From positions 1-60,920 of the forward strand of contig JASMHR010000001.1 of assembly GCA_030750665.1 (NCBI GenBank): a stretch of 60,920 nucleotides of DNA, given 5' to 3'. Positions 6,372-15,307 of the stretch are shown here, piece by piece. The stretch's first letter is position 1, and every line of letters begins with the position of its first letter. The translations under genes were made by a program, and so were the position numbers. This DNA is from Candidatus Poseidoniaceae archaeon (GTDB taxonomy: Archaea; Thermoplasmatota; Poseidoniia; Poseidoniales; Poseidoniaceae). The notes below the pieces were generated by a model. The model did not search any database. It saw only the letters and a program-made list of their open reading frames with translations, and had not been told where the DNA came from.

Positions 6372-9206
6372 ATGGGTCGCCGCTCGCCAATGTGCACAGG
6401 CCTCATCCTCGTGTTGCTGCTGGGCTTGCCATTTGCCGGGTTGGTGGGTGTCAGTGCAGAGAGTAGTGGCGGAATCAATGCTTCTTCCTCAAGTATTGGT
6501 CTTGTGCCTAATGACCCTGTCATGGGGGGTTCAATGGAGATTCGATTGACTCTTGAGAACAGCAATTCGATCATTGCTACAGATGTTGAATATAGATTCT
6601 ACAAGGATGGAATTAATTCTGAATCCAAATTTGTCGAGAACACGGTCAATATCGCTGCCGGAGCGACTGTTGAAGTATCTGCCACCTGGATGTCTTTGAA
6701 TGAAGGAGACCACAAGATATGGGTAGAGATAGAGTATGGTGGAGATTCACCTGCCTCTTTCTACAAGTCCTTCACCGTTAGTGGCCTGGCAAATCTGGAG
6801 ATTGCCAGTCACAGTATTTCTCCGGAATCTGGAATCAGAGAGGGCGATACTATTGAGGTGAGCGTCGAAGTTGAGAACAGTGGAAGTGTTTCGGCACCGG
6901 CAAGTGAGCTTTTCCTCGGAATCGAGGGCTTGTTAGATCTTGATCAATTTCATTCGTTAGATGTCATCAATTCTTCTGAATCAACTTGGGTTAATACCAC
7001 ATTGATTGCACCTGTTGGCGGTGACCACGTCATCGTCATCATGCCTGATGTGAATGATGATGTAGTTGAATCGGTAGAAGGTGAGGAGATTCGCGAGACT
7101 TTGACCGTTGACCCTGAACCGGATTTCATGCATGCTGACGCAACGCTCAGTGTTTCCACACCATCTGATTCGATTCGTGGTGATTGGGAGATAAGCGGGA
7201 TATTGACACGCAAGCATACCAGCGGAGCCAGTGATGTCCAACTTGGCTTCAGTTTTCCAGACCACCTTGCAGATGGGGGTGATTCAATTGGCATTCCACC
7301 AATCACTATTTCGATGGTCGGCGACGATGATATTGTCAACCAATCTTGGAATCTCAATTTGACATGGACCGCTCAACTTCAAAATCTAGGAGAAGGAACG
7401 CATCGTCTTCAAGTTAGAATAGATCCATTCGGACTACTGACACAGGCATTGACCAGCAATGATTATGCAAATGCTAGTATTGAGATAAGGCCTGAACCTA
7501 ATGTCTATGTGGACCAATTCGCAAACCCATCATCTACCAGCGTTGAGGCTGGTGGCGTAGTCAACTGGCGAGTATCAATTTTGAATACGGGAGATATTCC
7601 AGTATCTGGTGGATTGGAAGTAGTGTGGGAGGGACAGACTACATTCTACAACATAGGGACAATAGATGCTGGGATATCGTACATATGGAATGAGGATTTG
7701 TTGACTTCATCCAGTGGCGAGCACCAAGCCGATTTCACAGCCACTTGGATTGCAGACAATGAATCATTTGATGCAAATAGTGCAGACAGTGTTGCTACAG
7801 GTAGTGTGATGGCAACCACTTCCTTGAATATGCAGTTTTCTACATCAACGGCAATTCTGGTCACAAGCAATGGTTTGAATTCCAGCCCCCCTCTTGATCC
7901 TGGGACTTACACCTACAGCATCCAACTGACCTCTTCAGGTCTTGGTGAGACAACCCTTGTCTGTGAGGATATCACCGCAGGCCTTACCACACTATTGAAC
8001 ACGGTTGATGTCAACATCACCGAGAGAGGTACCAAGGTTGACATTTCTTGTACATTTGAGACAGGTGAAAGATCAGCAGTCATCTTGAATATCCGTAGTT
8101 TGGATTCGTCAGTCATCTCCAAACCTCATCAACCAGGTTTCAATGTGGATTTGGCTCAAGGCGACGGATTTGAAGAGGGCGTCAATTCCACAGGCACGAT
8201 ACTGTTATTCGGTTTTTCAGCCTTGATTCTGATTGGAATATTGATTGCAGCGGTCATTCTTACTCGAAGAAGATTCGAGGAGGTTGAACGCGATATCTTC
8301 GACTATTGCCCAGCTTGTGAAGGAGAAATTGAAGGTGATGAAGACAAGTGCCCATATTGTGAATTCAATCTTAAGCGCGCTCGCAGGAAATTCCATAATT
8401 GTGCTTCTTGTGAAGAGAATATTCCGAGTCTACTTGAGAACTGTCCATATTGTGGGGCGGTACAAGATATACGAACTCAATTCAAAGCACGTGAGCGCAA
8501 GCAGGTTGTTGAATTACCAGTCGAGGAAGAGGTTGAGGAAGAGGAAGAAGTCGATGAAGAAGCCATTGTTGCCGGAACAGAAGATTTCGATGAGATGGCT
8601 GGAGAATTCGGCTTTGATGAGGCTGGTTTGGAATCGGAATGGGACGAGAAACTCGAAGAAGCCGAAACTGAGATTGATGAGATGTTGGAGCGTCAAGCAG
8701 CCGAATTGGAATTGTTGGAACCAACCCCAGAGGATGAAGAAGAAGACGGTCCTGTAGCCGCTATTCCAAACATTTCAACTCCTGATTTACAAATGTCAGG
8801 AGTCGATATTGATGAGCTGCTCGGTGATAAGAAAGAGCGTCGCCATCTAGTGGATAGTGGAGATGATGGAGAGTTACTCGATGCGAGTGACGCTGGGATT
8901 CGCAGCGACCTGTTCGATATTACGGGTGAATCGGGTGTACTTCCAGGCCAGGATGTGATTATCGGGATGGGCGTGCAAGATCATCGCTTTGCAGGAAATG
9001 AATTACCCGAAGAGGCGATGGATTTCTCCTTTGTGGATGATGAATTGACACCTGCGGTAGAGAAACGAAAGCGAATTGCAGCTCGACGAAAGAAGGAAGA
9101 CGAAAAAACCGAGCAACCCGCAGAAGTTGGCGAATGTGGAGCTTGTGGTGCAGATATTGAGACAGCAGCCAAGGAATGCCCCACATGTGGCGCTAGATTC
9201 GCTTGA
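6372..9206 (+). CDS. Type I membrane surface protein: CARDB-like ectodomain repeats, one TM helix, and a cytoplasmic tail with three zinc ribbons and an acidic stretch
   Basis: Signal peptide MGRRSPMCTGLILVLLLGLPFAGLVGVSAES. Repeated beta-sandwich modules (..GATVEVSATW..EGDHKIWVEI.., ..GDTIEVSVEVENSGS..). TM helix ILLFGFSALILIGILIAAVILTRRR. Zinc ribbons: CPACEGEIEGDEDKCPYCEF, CASCEENIPSLLENCPYCGA and the C-terminal CGACGADIETAAKECPTCGARF. The track start is GTG 6360; ATG 6372 is preferred. Confidence 0.7.
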   Translation: MGRRSPMCTGLILVLLLGLPFAGLVGVSAESSGGINASSSSIGLVPNDPVMGGSMEIRLTLENSNSIIATDVEYRFYKDGINSESKFVENTVNIAAGATVEVSATWMSLNEGDHKIWVEIEYGGDSPASFYKSFTVSGLANLEIASHSISPESGIREGDTIEVSVEVENSGSVSAPASELFLGIEGLLDLDQFHSLDVINSSESTWVNTTLIAPVGGDHVIVIMPDVNDDVVESVEGEEIRETLTVDPEPDFMHADATLSVSTPSDSIRGDWEISGILTRKHTSGASDVQLGFSFPDHLADGGDSIGIPPITISMVGDDDIVNQSWNLNLTWTAQLQNLGEGTHRLQVRIDPFGLLTQALTSNDYANASIEIRPEPNVYVDQFANPSSTSVEAGGVVNWRVSILNTGDIPVSGGLEVVWEGQTTFYNIGTIDAGISYIWNEDLLTSSSGEHQADFTATWIADNESFDANSADSVATGSVMATTSLNMQFSTSTAILVTSNGLNSSPPLDPGTYTYSIQLTSSGLGETTLVCEDITAGLTTLLNTVDVNITERGTKVDISCTFETGERSAVILNIRSLDSSVISKPHQPGFNVDLAQGDGFEEGVNSTGTILLFGFSALILIGILIAAVILTRRRFEEVERDIFDYCPACEGEIEGDEDKCPYCEFNLKRARRKFHNCASCEENIPSLLENCPYCGAVQDIRTQFKARERKQVVELPVEEEVEEEEEVDEEAIVAGTEDFDEMAGEFGFDEAGLESEWDEKLEEAETEIDEMLERQAAELELLEPTPEDEEEDGPVAAIPNISTPDLQMSGVDIDELLGDKKERRHLVDSGDDGELLDASDAGIRSDLFDITGESGVLPGQDVIIGMGVQDHRFAGNELPEEAMDFSFVDDELTPAVEKRKRIAARRKKEDEKTEQPAEVGECGACGADIETAAKECPTCGARFA

Positions 9207-9367
9207 GGCGCCTGTCAGCACTCACAGGGTTCGTCATCACCTAATGGCTCGGCTGACCCTCTTTGCTTCATTCAGGCGAGTCAGCGAACAGATACTTGTT
9301 CAAGAAGTCTACGAGAGAATTCGTTTCATCGCCGCCTTGATACGATACGAGTGTCTCGACATTGTTG

Positions 9368-9931
9368 ATGAAGGGTAATCGCTCGCTGACGGCAGCGGTG
9401 GTCCTGCTGTTCATTTCCAGTAGTATTGCGGGATGTATTTCCTTGGTTCCAGCACGTGAAATGATGGAGTCATTGAGAACTCTTCCCGTGGTAGAAGAAA
9501 CTGCTGACAAGGTTAACATCAGCCATGTTTTTGATTCCTTTGATATTTCTCAGACATTATCTCCACACACGGCTGATCGAGTGATCAAGATGGATGACAG
9601 CGTCACTGATATGCAGATATATTTCAGAGCCACGATGCCAACCAGTGGTTGGACCAGTGATATATCCAATCAGGTCAGATATGTGGATGCCAAGTTACTG
9701 CGTCCTGATGGCAGTGTATATTGGGAAGCGTATGTCACTGAGTCCAAATCTCCAGTCAATAATTTCGCCGAAGGCCCGTTTGAAGAAGGGGAATGGAAAT
9801 TAGAGGTTGAAGCCAGAGGTATCGGTATCGATGTCGGAGGGGTTGCCATCAAGGATGATTTCGTGGTCATTGTGACCCTGACTAGAAAATGTGTGAAATA
9901 TCCAGCAGAAAACGAATGTGTAATTGAATGA
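9368..9931 (+). CDS. Small secreted lipoprotein-like protein, hypothetical
   Basis: Signal peptide with a lipobox-like cysteine: MKGNRSLTAAVVLLFISSSIAGC. The mature part is ~165 aa with beta-rich composition. No recognisable family. Confidence 0.5.
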   Translation: MKGNRSLTAAVVLLFISSSIAGCISLVPAREMMESLRTLPVVEETADKVNISHVFDSFDISQTLSPHTADRVIKMDDSVTDMQIYFRATMPTSGWTSDISNQVRYVDAKLLRPDGSVYWEAYVTESKSPVNNFAEGPFEEGEWKLEVEARGIGIDVGGVAIKDDFVVIVTLTRKCVKYPAENECVIE

Positions 9932-9961
9932 ACCCATGAAAATCAGGATTCATCTAGGTAT

Positions 9962-11167
9962 TCAAACCAGAGATTCTGAACAACCGTGTCTGCGCGAACA
10001 ATTCTTGCATTTTCCATCTCTTTGATGATTTCTTTTTGCCCCACCTTCAGCCATCAGCCGTTGGACTTCTCCGAGTTGTTTCAGAAGTAATTTTTTGTGG
10101 TTATCATTCCAATCCACTTGATGAAGATCCGCCTCTCCATATCTTAGGACTCCAAATGGGGGTTCGTGCTTTGTCACTATCTTGACTAGATGGATATATG
10201 CCAGTAGTTGCACCTTGTGAGAGAGGTGAGGATGGTGTGGAATCTTCCCTGTTTTTTGCTCCATAGGAATGAATTCACCATCGACGATGACTATCTGATC
10301 GGGTCGACCCCGCAATCCAGTTTTGTTGTCAACAAGTAGGTCCGCAGCCTTTGAATCATCGCTATATGCAATCTCAGTATCCTTATCTAAACCAGTCTGA
10401 TGGCGCGCTTCTTCCATGTCATTGTCTGCTATCAAAGCCCGCTGTAGTCGCCATGATGCCATCAATGTCCAGAGCATAGCAGCCGAAAGAAGAATGAATC
10501 CGGCATGTGTAGTATCTGAGACGTTCCATAGTGCTGCAGCGTGTAGGCTCAAGAGAATGGCGCCGAGCCCAAAGGCGGCTTCGACACGCCCTCCTACAAG
10601 CCACCCTCCCATGAACTCCGGTTTCTGGAACAGTGCAGATAATTCCGAATCCTCAATACCACCTTTGCTGAATTCTGCTTCTGCAGCGGTTGGCCATTTC
10701 AACCAATTTCGCCATGGAATGATGGTGCTAATCAACATAGCCACTAGCCACACTACTGCCAACATTGCGAGGTATCGTGCTATTGTTTCTGGAGTCATCT
10801 GTCCGGCAATGAGATACCATGCCGCAGCATCGATAAGCAATGCAACAATAATTCCAAACCACCAACCCCAAACAGTCAATTCTCTGATGACGGTGACTCT
10901 TGCCTTCTCATATTTCGCCATCTGGTCATGTATCAGGGCATGAGATTCCACCCCCTTGAAAACAGCAGCGCCTTCTCCTTCAACGCCCTTTCTTGCAAGA
11001 TGCCAAGATAGCGGACAGTAGGCATGTCTTTCGAGATCTGATGCTGAAACGTGCAATGCTTCACCTCCAGCATCGCGCCAGATTCCATCATCGCCACGAG
11101 TGGCTTCAATCAGTTCTGGTTGAGTCAGTAAGACCACCCGGAAAATTGGGTGGATTGGCGCGACCAT
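9962..11167 (-). CDS. Cas4/DUF83-family (RecB-like PD-(D/E)XK, 4Fe-4S) nuclease with an inserted four-helix transmembrane domain
   Basis: Motifs in order: AYCPLSWHL (N-terminal Cys), KGVESHALIHD, GRPDQIVIVDGEFIPMEQKTGK (D / ExK), VQLLAYIHL (QxxxY), CKNCSRRHGC (CX2CX5C). Four hydrophobic helices lie between aa ~95 and 245. Confidence 0.65.
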   Translation of the reverse strand: MVAPIHPIFRVVLLTQPELIEATRGDDGIWRDAGGEALHVSASDLERHAYCPLSWHLARKGVEGEGAAVFKGVESHALIHDQMAKYEKARVTVIRELTVWGWWFGIIVALLIDAAAWYLIAGQMTPETIARYLAMLAVVWLVAMLISTIIPWRNWLKWPTAAEAEFSKGGIEDSELSALFQKPEFMGGWLVGGRVEAAFGLGAILLSLHAAALWNVSDTTHAGFILLSAAMLWTLMASWRLQRALIADNDMEEARHQTGLDKDTEIAYSDDSKAADLLVDNKTGLRGRPDQIVIVDGEFIPMEQKTGKIPHHPHLSHKVQLLAYIHLVKIVTKHEPPFGVLRYGEADLHQVDWNDNHKKLLLKQLGEVQRLMAEGGAKRNHQRDGKCKNCSRRHGCSESLV

Positions 11168-11301
11168 TGAATCTTGTGGAGTCTTCTCTTTGCAACCGAG
11201 TAGTTGAGTGCGAATGTACCACTGCGCCGTGAATCCTTTGTTTGACGGGCGAAGCGGTTATCAATGGGAGGCAAGTGGGCCAGCCGCTTGAGGCATGAAT
11301 C

Positions 11302-11907
11302 ATGAGTGAGGGAGCCACATTAGTGTCTGAGGAGACCTATGAGTTGTACGCTGTTCATATCGGTACTCAGCAGAAGTCAGCAGACATGAAGCAGTTCATT
11401 TCACATGTGCGTAGCGATGGATTGTATCTGCTCGATCTTGAGGTCACTGATGGGCGCATCCGTACCGTCGCCACTTTCCTGAATCGATATGATACTCAGC
11501 GCATCATGGTAGTGAGCGCCCGTCAATATGGACAGCGCCCAGCCCGCAAGTTTGCTGAGGCCATTGGGGCCATCAGTGCGGTTGGACGTTTCATCCCAGG
11601 TAGTTTGACAAATCCAATTCTTCCTTCCTATAGGGAGCCTGCTGTTCTCTTCGTGACCGATCCTGCAGCCGACCAGCAAGCACTCAGTGAAGCAGTCAAC
11701 AGTGGTCTGCCAATCGTTGGAATCTGCGATGCCAATAACAATCTTCGAAATGTCGATCTTGCCTTACCGGCCAATAACAAGGGTCGTCGAAGTCTTGCAT
11801 TGCTCTACTGGTTGCTTGCGAGAGAAGTTCTCAAGCAGCGTGGCACCATGGATGATGAGACTTGGGCCGAGATGAACCCTCTGGAAGATTGGGAATCAAC
11901 CTTCTGA
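11302..11907 (+). CDS. rps2: 30S ribosomal protein uS2 (archaeal S2)
   Basis: GLYLLDLEVTDGRIRTVATFL..., FIPGSLTNP, LFVTDPAADQQALSEAVNSGLPIVGICDANNNLRNVDLALPANNKGRRSLALLYWLLAREVL. This is a typical uS2 core. Confidence 0.93.
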   Translation: MSEGATLVSEETYELYAVHIGTQQKSADMKQFISHVRSDGLYLLDLEVTDGRIRTVATFLNRYDTQRIMVVSARQYGQRPARKFAEAIGAISAVGRFIPGSLTNPILPSYREPAVLFVTDPAADQQALSEAVNSGLPIVGICDANNNLRNVDLALPANNKGRRSLALLYWLLAREVLKQRGTMDDETWAEMNPLEDWESTF

Positions 11908-12861
11908 GTATTCACTACCCTCACTCAACCATTTGCTGATATCAGCAGCCATTTTCTCAGGGTCTTTTTCCTTGGAAAGAATTCCCCGTGCATGTTTTGC
12001 TCCTTCCAAGCCCTTTGTGAATGCGACAGCATGCCTATTCAGCCATTTTCGTTGTAGGCCAGTGGTTTCTTTTGCAATAGTCACGTATCGGTTCCAGCAC
12101 CATGATCTGATGGCGAATGGTTCAGTAGTACGTCCCCATGGAGGTGGTGATGAATTCCAATTCAGATTTCTTTTGATTTCATGAAACACCATCGGCCTTC
12201 CAATCGCACCGCGCCCAATCATCAATCCTGCGGCTCCAGTTACATCCAAGCAGGCTTGTGCACTTCCAGCATCAACAATATCTCCATTTGCGAATACTGG
12301 GATGTCGACTTCTTCGACAACTTGTCGAATAGTGTTCCAATCGGCTTTACCATCATATTTCTGCTTCAAGGTTCTACCATGCACGCATAGCCGAAATACT
12401 CCGCTTTCTTCCAACCGAGGGGCGAGTTCGACGATGTTGTTGGCGAGATAGCCAGTTCCCATTCGTAATTTGGCAGAGATTGGAACATCAGAAGCGTCGA
12501 TACAAGCATCGACGATTGCAACCAGTTCTTCTGGTTCCCCCATCAGTGCAGCACCAGCACAATTACGTGTCACCTTTGGGGCTGGGCAGCCGAAATTAAG
12601 GTCGATGAGGTCCGCCTTGTCCTGTAGCATTTTGACCGTTTGTACCATTTCATCTTTGTCGCCTCCAAAGATTTGCGGGATGAATGGTCTTTCTCGAGGG
12701 TCAGATTCTACCTTCAGCCAACTGTTTGCAACATCTCTAGAAAGCCCAGCGCTGGAGGTGAATTCTGTTATGGTAACATCAGCCCCACATTCCTTTGCAA
12801 GTAGACGGAATGGAAGGTCAGAGACCCCTGCCATCGGTGCTAGAGCAAGTGGGACCGCCAT
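11896..12861 (-). CDS. tRNA-dihydrouridine synthase (Dus family)
   Basis: LAPMAGVSDLPFRLLAKECGADVTITEF and DLNFGCPAPKV (catalytic Cys). TIM-barrel FMN enzyme pattern. The track ORF runs to 12993, but the internal Met (MAVPLALAPMAG, 12861) matches family N-termini and removes the overlap with the upstream gene. Confidence 0.85.
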   Translation of the reverse strand: MAVPLALAPMAGVSDLPFRLLAKECGADVTITEFTSSAGLSRDVANSWLKVESDPRERPFIPQIFGGDKDEMVQTVKMLQDKADLIDLNFGCPAPKVTRNCAGAALMGEPEELVAIVDACIDASDVPISAKLRMGTGYLANNIVELAPRLEESGVFRLCVHGRTLKQKYDGKADWNTIRQVVEEVDIPVFANGDIVDAGSAQACLDVTGAAGLMIGRGAIGRPMVFHEIKRNLNWNSSPPPWGRTTEPFAIRSWCWNRYVTIAKETTGLQRKWLNRHAVAFTKGLEGAKHARGILSKEKDPEKMAADISKWLSEGSEYSEG

Positions 12862-12886
12862 GTTCAGCCGCTGGTGAACCCCTGTT

Positions 12887-14002
12887 TCAGGACATCGCCT
12901 GTTCCAGCATTTCTGCAACACGTTTGGTCCTGCGCAGAATCCTGTCGAGCCTTGACATGACTTTAGCAGAAGTAGCGCCAGGGTCATTTCCAATCATTCG
13001 ATGTCCTAGAGGGAGTCGCCCACCCAATAGATTGAGTAACAACATCTGTTCCTTTGGTTCTACTTTGGCAAGTTCTTTTTCAACCATCTCAGGAGTCAAC
13101 TTTCCTTTTGCAAGGGCTTTGGTCAGGTTTTCTATTGATCTATCTGGGACGATGCGGTTAAATCCACCTTTGAGTAGAATCCAATCTTCTCCTCGACGCT
13201 TATGTTGCGTCATCATAGCAGTCCAGAGATTGGCAGCCAATCTGTCGGTTCGAGGAACACGTTCCACGATGCCAGCAGTCCTCAGGCGTTCTAGAATACG
13301 ACTGATTCGAGCCTTTGGTCCTTTCAATTCCGAAGCCGCTTCGTCGAGAGACAATGGTGGCCCTCTGCTCAATAATAACTGTAGGACTTTGACTGGAAGA
13401 GAGTCACCTGCAAGATTTGGGCCTGGTCTGTCGCCCATCAATCCTAGATCAGCCATCCAGAGGCTGAGTTCATTGATACCATCCACCGGCGGTAGTGGCC
13501 TTGGTTCACAAATCCAGATACGGAAGTCCGATTCGCGGTCAGAACTCCCAATGTCGTTCTTCATCGACACATCATCTGGGCGTTGCCACCATCCTTCTAG
13601 TCTGGATAATTGTAATTTCAGAATCTGGGATGCCTCATTGGATAGAAGTTCCACTGCAGCAACGATTGACCCTCCACGGAGGAAATGCCGTCGCCAGCCA
13701 TCTCCTTCAGAACGGCTTGACAATAGTCGACAGGCAGCAAGGCGAGAGATATGATGATGCAATGATGCTGCAGTCAACCCCATTTCGTCAGCCAAGGTAG
13801 CAGCATCCACACCTTCTTTCGGCCGTGCCAGAAGATGTTCTCTCAGGAGCCTGACAACGGGCTGCATCCTGTCGCCATCAGCATGTTCTTCTCCGCGTCG
13901 ACGCACAAGTCCGAAAGTAGCGACCAACCAATCGATTAGTTGGTCAGCATCGTCACGAGTTGTTGGTAGAGGGTGCTCCTCCAACCTCACTTCAAACATC
14001 AA
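12887..14002 (-). CDS. Double winged-helix DNA-binding protein (ArsR-like wHTH plus a second wHTH), hypothetical regulator
   Basis: LADEMGLTAASLHHHISRLAACRLL (ArsR-type recognition helix) and LSLDEAASELKGPKARISRILERLRTAGIVERVPR. It shares this two-module layout with the neighbouring gene 14076-14735. Confidence 0.5.
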   Translation of the reverse strand: MMFEVRLEEHPLPTTRDDADQLIDWLVATFGLVRRRGEEHADGDRMQPVVRLLREHLLARPKEGVDAATLADEMGLTAASLHHHISRLAACRLLSSRSEGDGWRRHFLRGGSIVAAVELLSNEASQILKLQLSRLEGWWQRPDDVSMKNDIGSSDRESDFRIWICEPRPLPPVDGINELSLWMADLGLMGDRPGPNLAGDSLPVKVLQLLLSRGPPLSLDEAASELKGPKARISRILERLRTAGIVERVPRTDRLAANLWTAMMTQHKRRGEDWILLKGGFNRIVPDRSIENLTKALAKGKLTPEMVEKELAKVEPKEQMLLLNLLGGRLPLGHRMIGNDPGATSAKVMSRLDRILRRTKRVAEMLEQAMS

Positions 14003-14075
14003 AAGGCCAGCGATTGCCGGCCCACCTTGAACATGTTGTCATGAGAGGACTAATAATTGACGATTCACACAATAC

Positions 14076-14735
14076 TCAGCGCGACCGTTCATCTTCCCAC
14101 TCATATTCAATGTCGGGTTTTTCTGCAGATTTTTCTTCTACTAGATGAGGTGCCAATGATAGTTTGTCGTGTCGTAGAATTCCTCTTCGTCGTAATACCT
14201 TGATGGCACTATGGACAGTAGCGCGAGTGCGGCCTAGACTACGAGCAAGAGCGGCTTGAGATTTGGGCGCTTCACCTTTCTTGAGTTCCTCGACAATCAG
14301 TCTTTGGACAAGAGAAAGCCCAACGGGCAGTCGCTTCGCAGCTTCTTCAGAATCTACCATGACCCCCCCTAGAATCTCTACTTGAGCAGGTCCTCCAGCG
14401 AAGTAGCAGGTTCGGCCGTTGACAGAAACAGCAGTGATAGTCATCTGTGATTGTAGTACATCGAGGTGATGCCGTAGTGTTCCATTTGCAGCATTGAGGG
14501 CTTTCTGCAATTCACGATAACATAGCCCTGGACTGTCTTCCAAGGTCAGGATGATACGTCTACGCATTGGGTGCTCATAGGCCAGAACGTGCGTTGAAAG
14601 AGTACCTCTAGCGCCCCATGTCCAAGGCATTGCTGCATTGGCCAGTCCAACTGCTCCACCGACTAGACCGGTTAGACCAGCCGTCAACCACGGCCGCTGT
14701 CGCATCCATTGCTGGAGCAGTGCCATAGCAACCAC
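14076..14735 (-). CDS. Membrane-anchored double wHTH protein (ArsR-like plus a second wHTH), hypothetical regulator
   Basis: N-terminal hydrophobic helix WLTAGLTGLVGGAVGLANAAM, then RRIILTLEDSPGLCYRELQKALNAANGTLRHHLDVL and KSQAALARSLGRTRATVHSAIKVLRRRGIL. Confidence 0.55.
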   Translation of the reverse strand: MVAMALLQQWMRQRPWLTAGLTGLVGGAVGLANAAMPWTWGARGTLSTHVLAYEHPMRRRIILTLEDSPGLCYRELQKALNAANGTLRHHLDVLQSQMTITAVSVNGRTCYFAGGPAQVEILGGVMVDSEEAAKRLPVGLSLVQRLIVEELKKGEAPKSQAALARSLGRTRATVHSAIKVLRRRGILRHDKLSLAPHLVEEKSAEKPDIEYEWEDERSR

Positions 14736-14773
14736 TCAACAATCATCCCAATTCAAACTGCCGCTTACAGGAT

Positions 14774-15235
14774 TCATTCATCGCTGACCACCACAGACCC
14801 AGTATGGACCTTGAGGTGAGCGACAAGCGGGGATAGCAACCGCCCACAGGTCTTACCGTGATCAGTGAGGATGTATTCAACTCTGATGGGGGGCCCATCA
14901 TCGACTTCTCTGAGTACTAGGTTCTCATCGGTTAGAAATCGAAGTTTATCTGATAGGGTTCTGCTTGAGATTCCTGCTAACAGGTGTTTGAGTTGATTGA
15001 AACGTTTTCCACCGGTGATATACAGAGCCGCAAGAATTTCGATTGTCCATCGACTTCCGAATACATGCAAGGCCTCGACTGCAGCCTGCACCTCCCATTT
15101 TTCATCCCAAGGAGCGATGCCAGAGAAACCGGATAGAATATTTCGGATATGGCCACCATTAGCGATTGTTGCTGCAATATGTGTCTCGACATCGTTGAGA
15201 CTTTCTTTTGGTAGTTTCATAGCAGGTTCAGGCAT
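14774..15235 (-). CDS. HxlR-family winged-helix transcriptional regulator
   Basis: VEALHVFGSRWTIEILAALYITGGKRFNQLKHLLAGISSRTLSDKLRFLTDENLVLREVDDGPPIRVEYILTDHGK matches the HxlR/DUF24 pattern. Confidence 0.8.
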   Translation of the reverse strand: MPEPAMKLPKESLNDVETHIAATIANGGHIRNILSGFSGIAPWDEKWEVQAAVEALHVFGSRWTIEILAALYITGGKRFNQLKHLLAGISSRTLSDKLRFLTDENLVLREVDDGPPIRVEYILTDHGKTCGRLLSPLVAHLKVHTGSVVVSDE

Positions 15236-15307
15236 TTCATCACCAGCGCATCAGGTTGTCATCCGCACTCTTGGTGTGGAGGTTGCACTAGATGAGTTCT
15301 TCTGTGT

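Noticed and set aside
9076-9378. 100-aa plus-strand ORF overlapping the end of the 948-aa gene and the following spacer
   Set aside because: It is out of frame with, and mostly inside, the well-supported zinc-ribbon tail. It has no motif and is unlikely to be coding.
12795-13754. 319-aa ORF on the plus strand, antisense to the double-wHTH gene
   Set aside because: It has S/R/P-rich 'shadow ORF' composition and no motif. The minus-strand frame contains two recognisable wHTH modules and fits the operon spacing.
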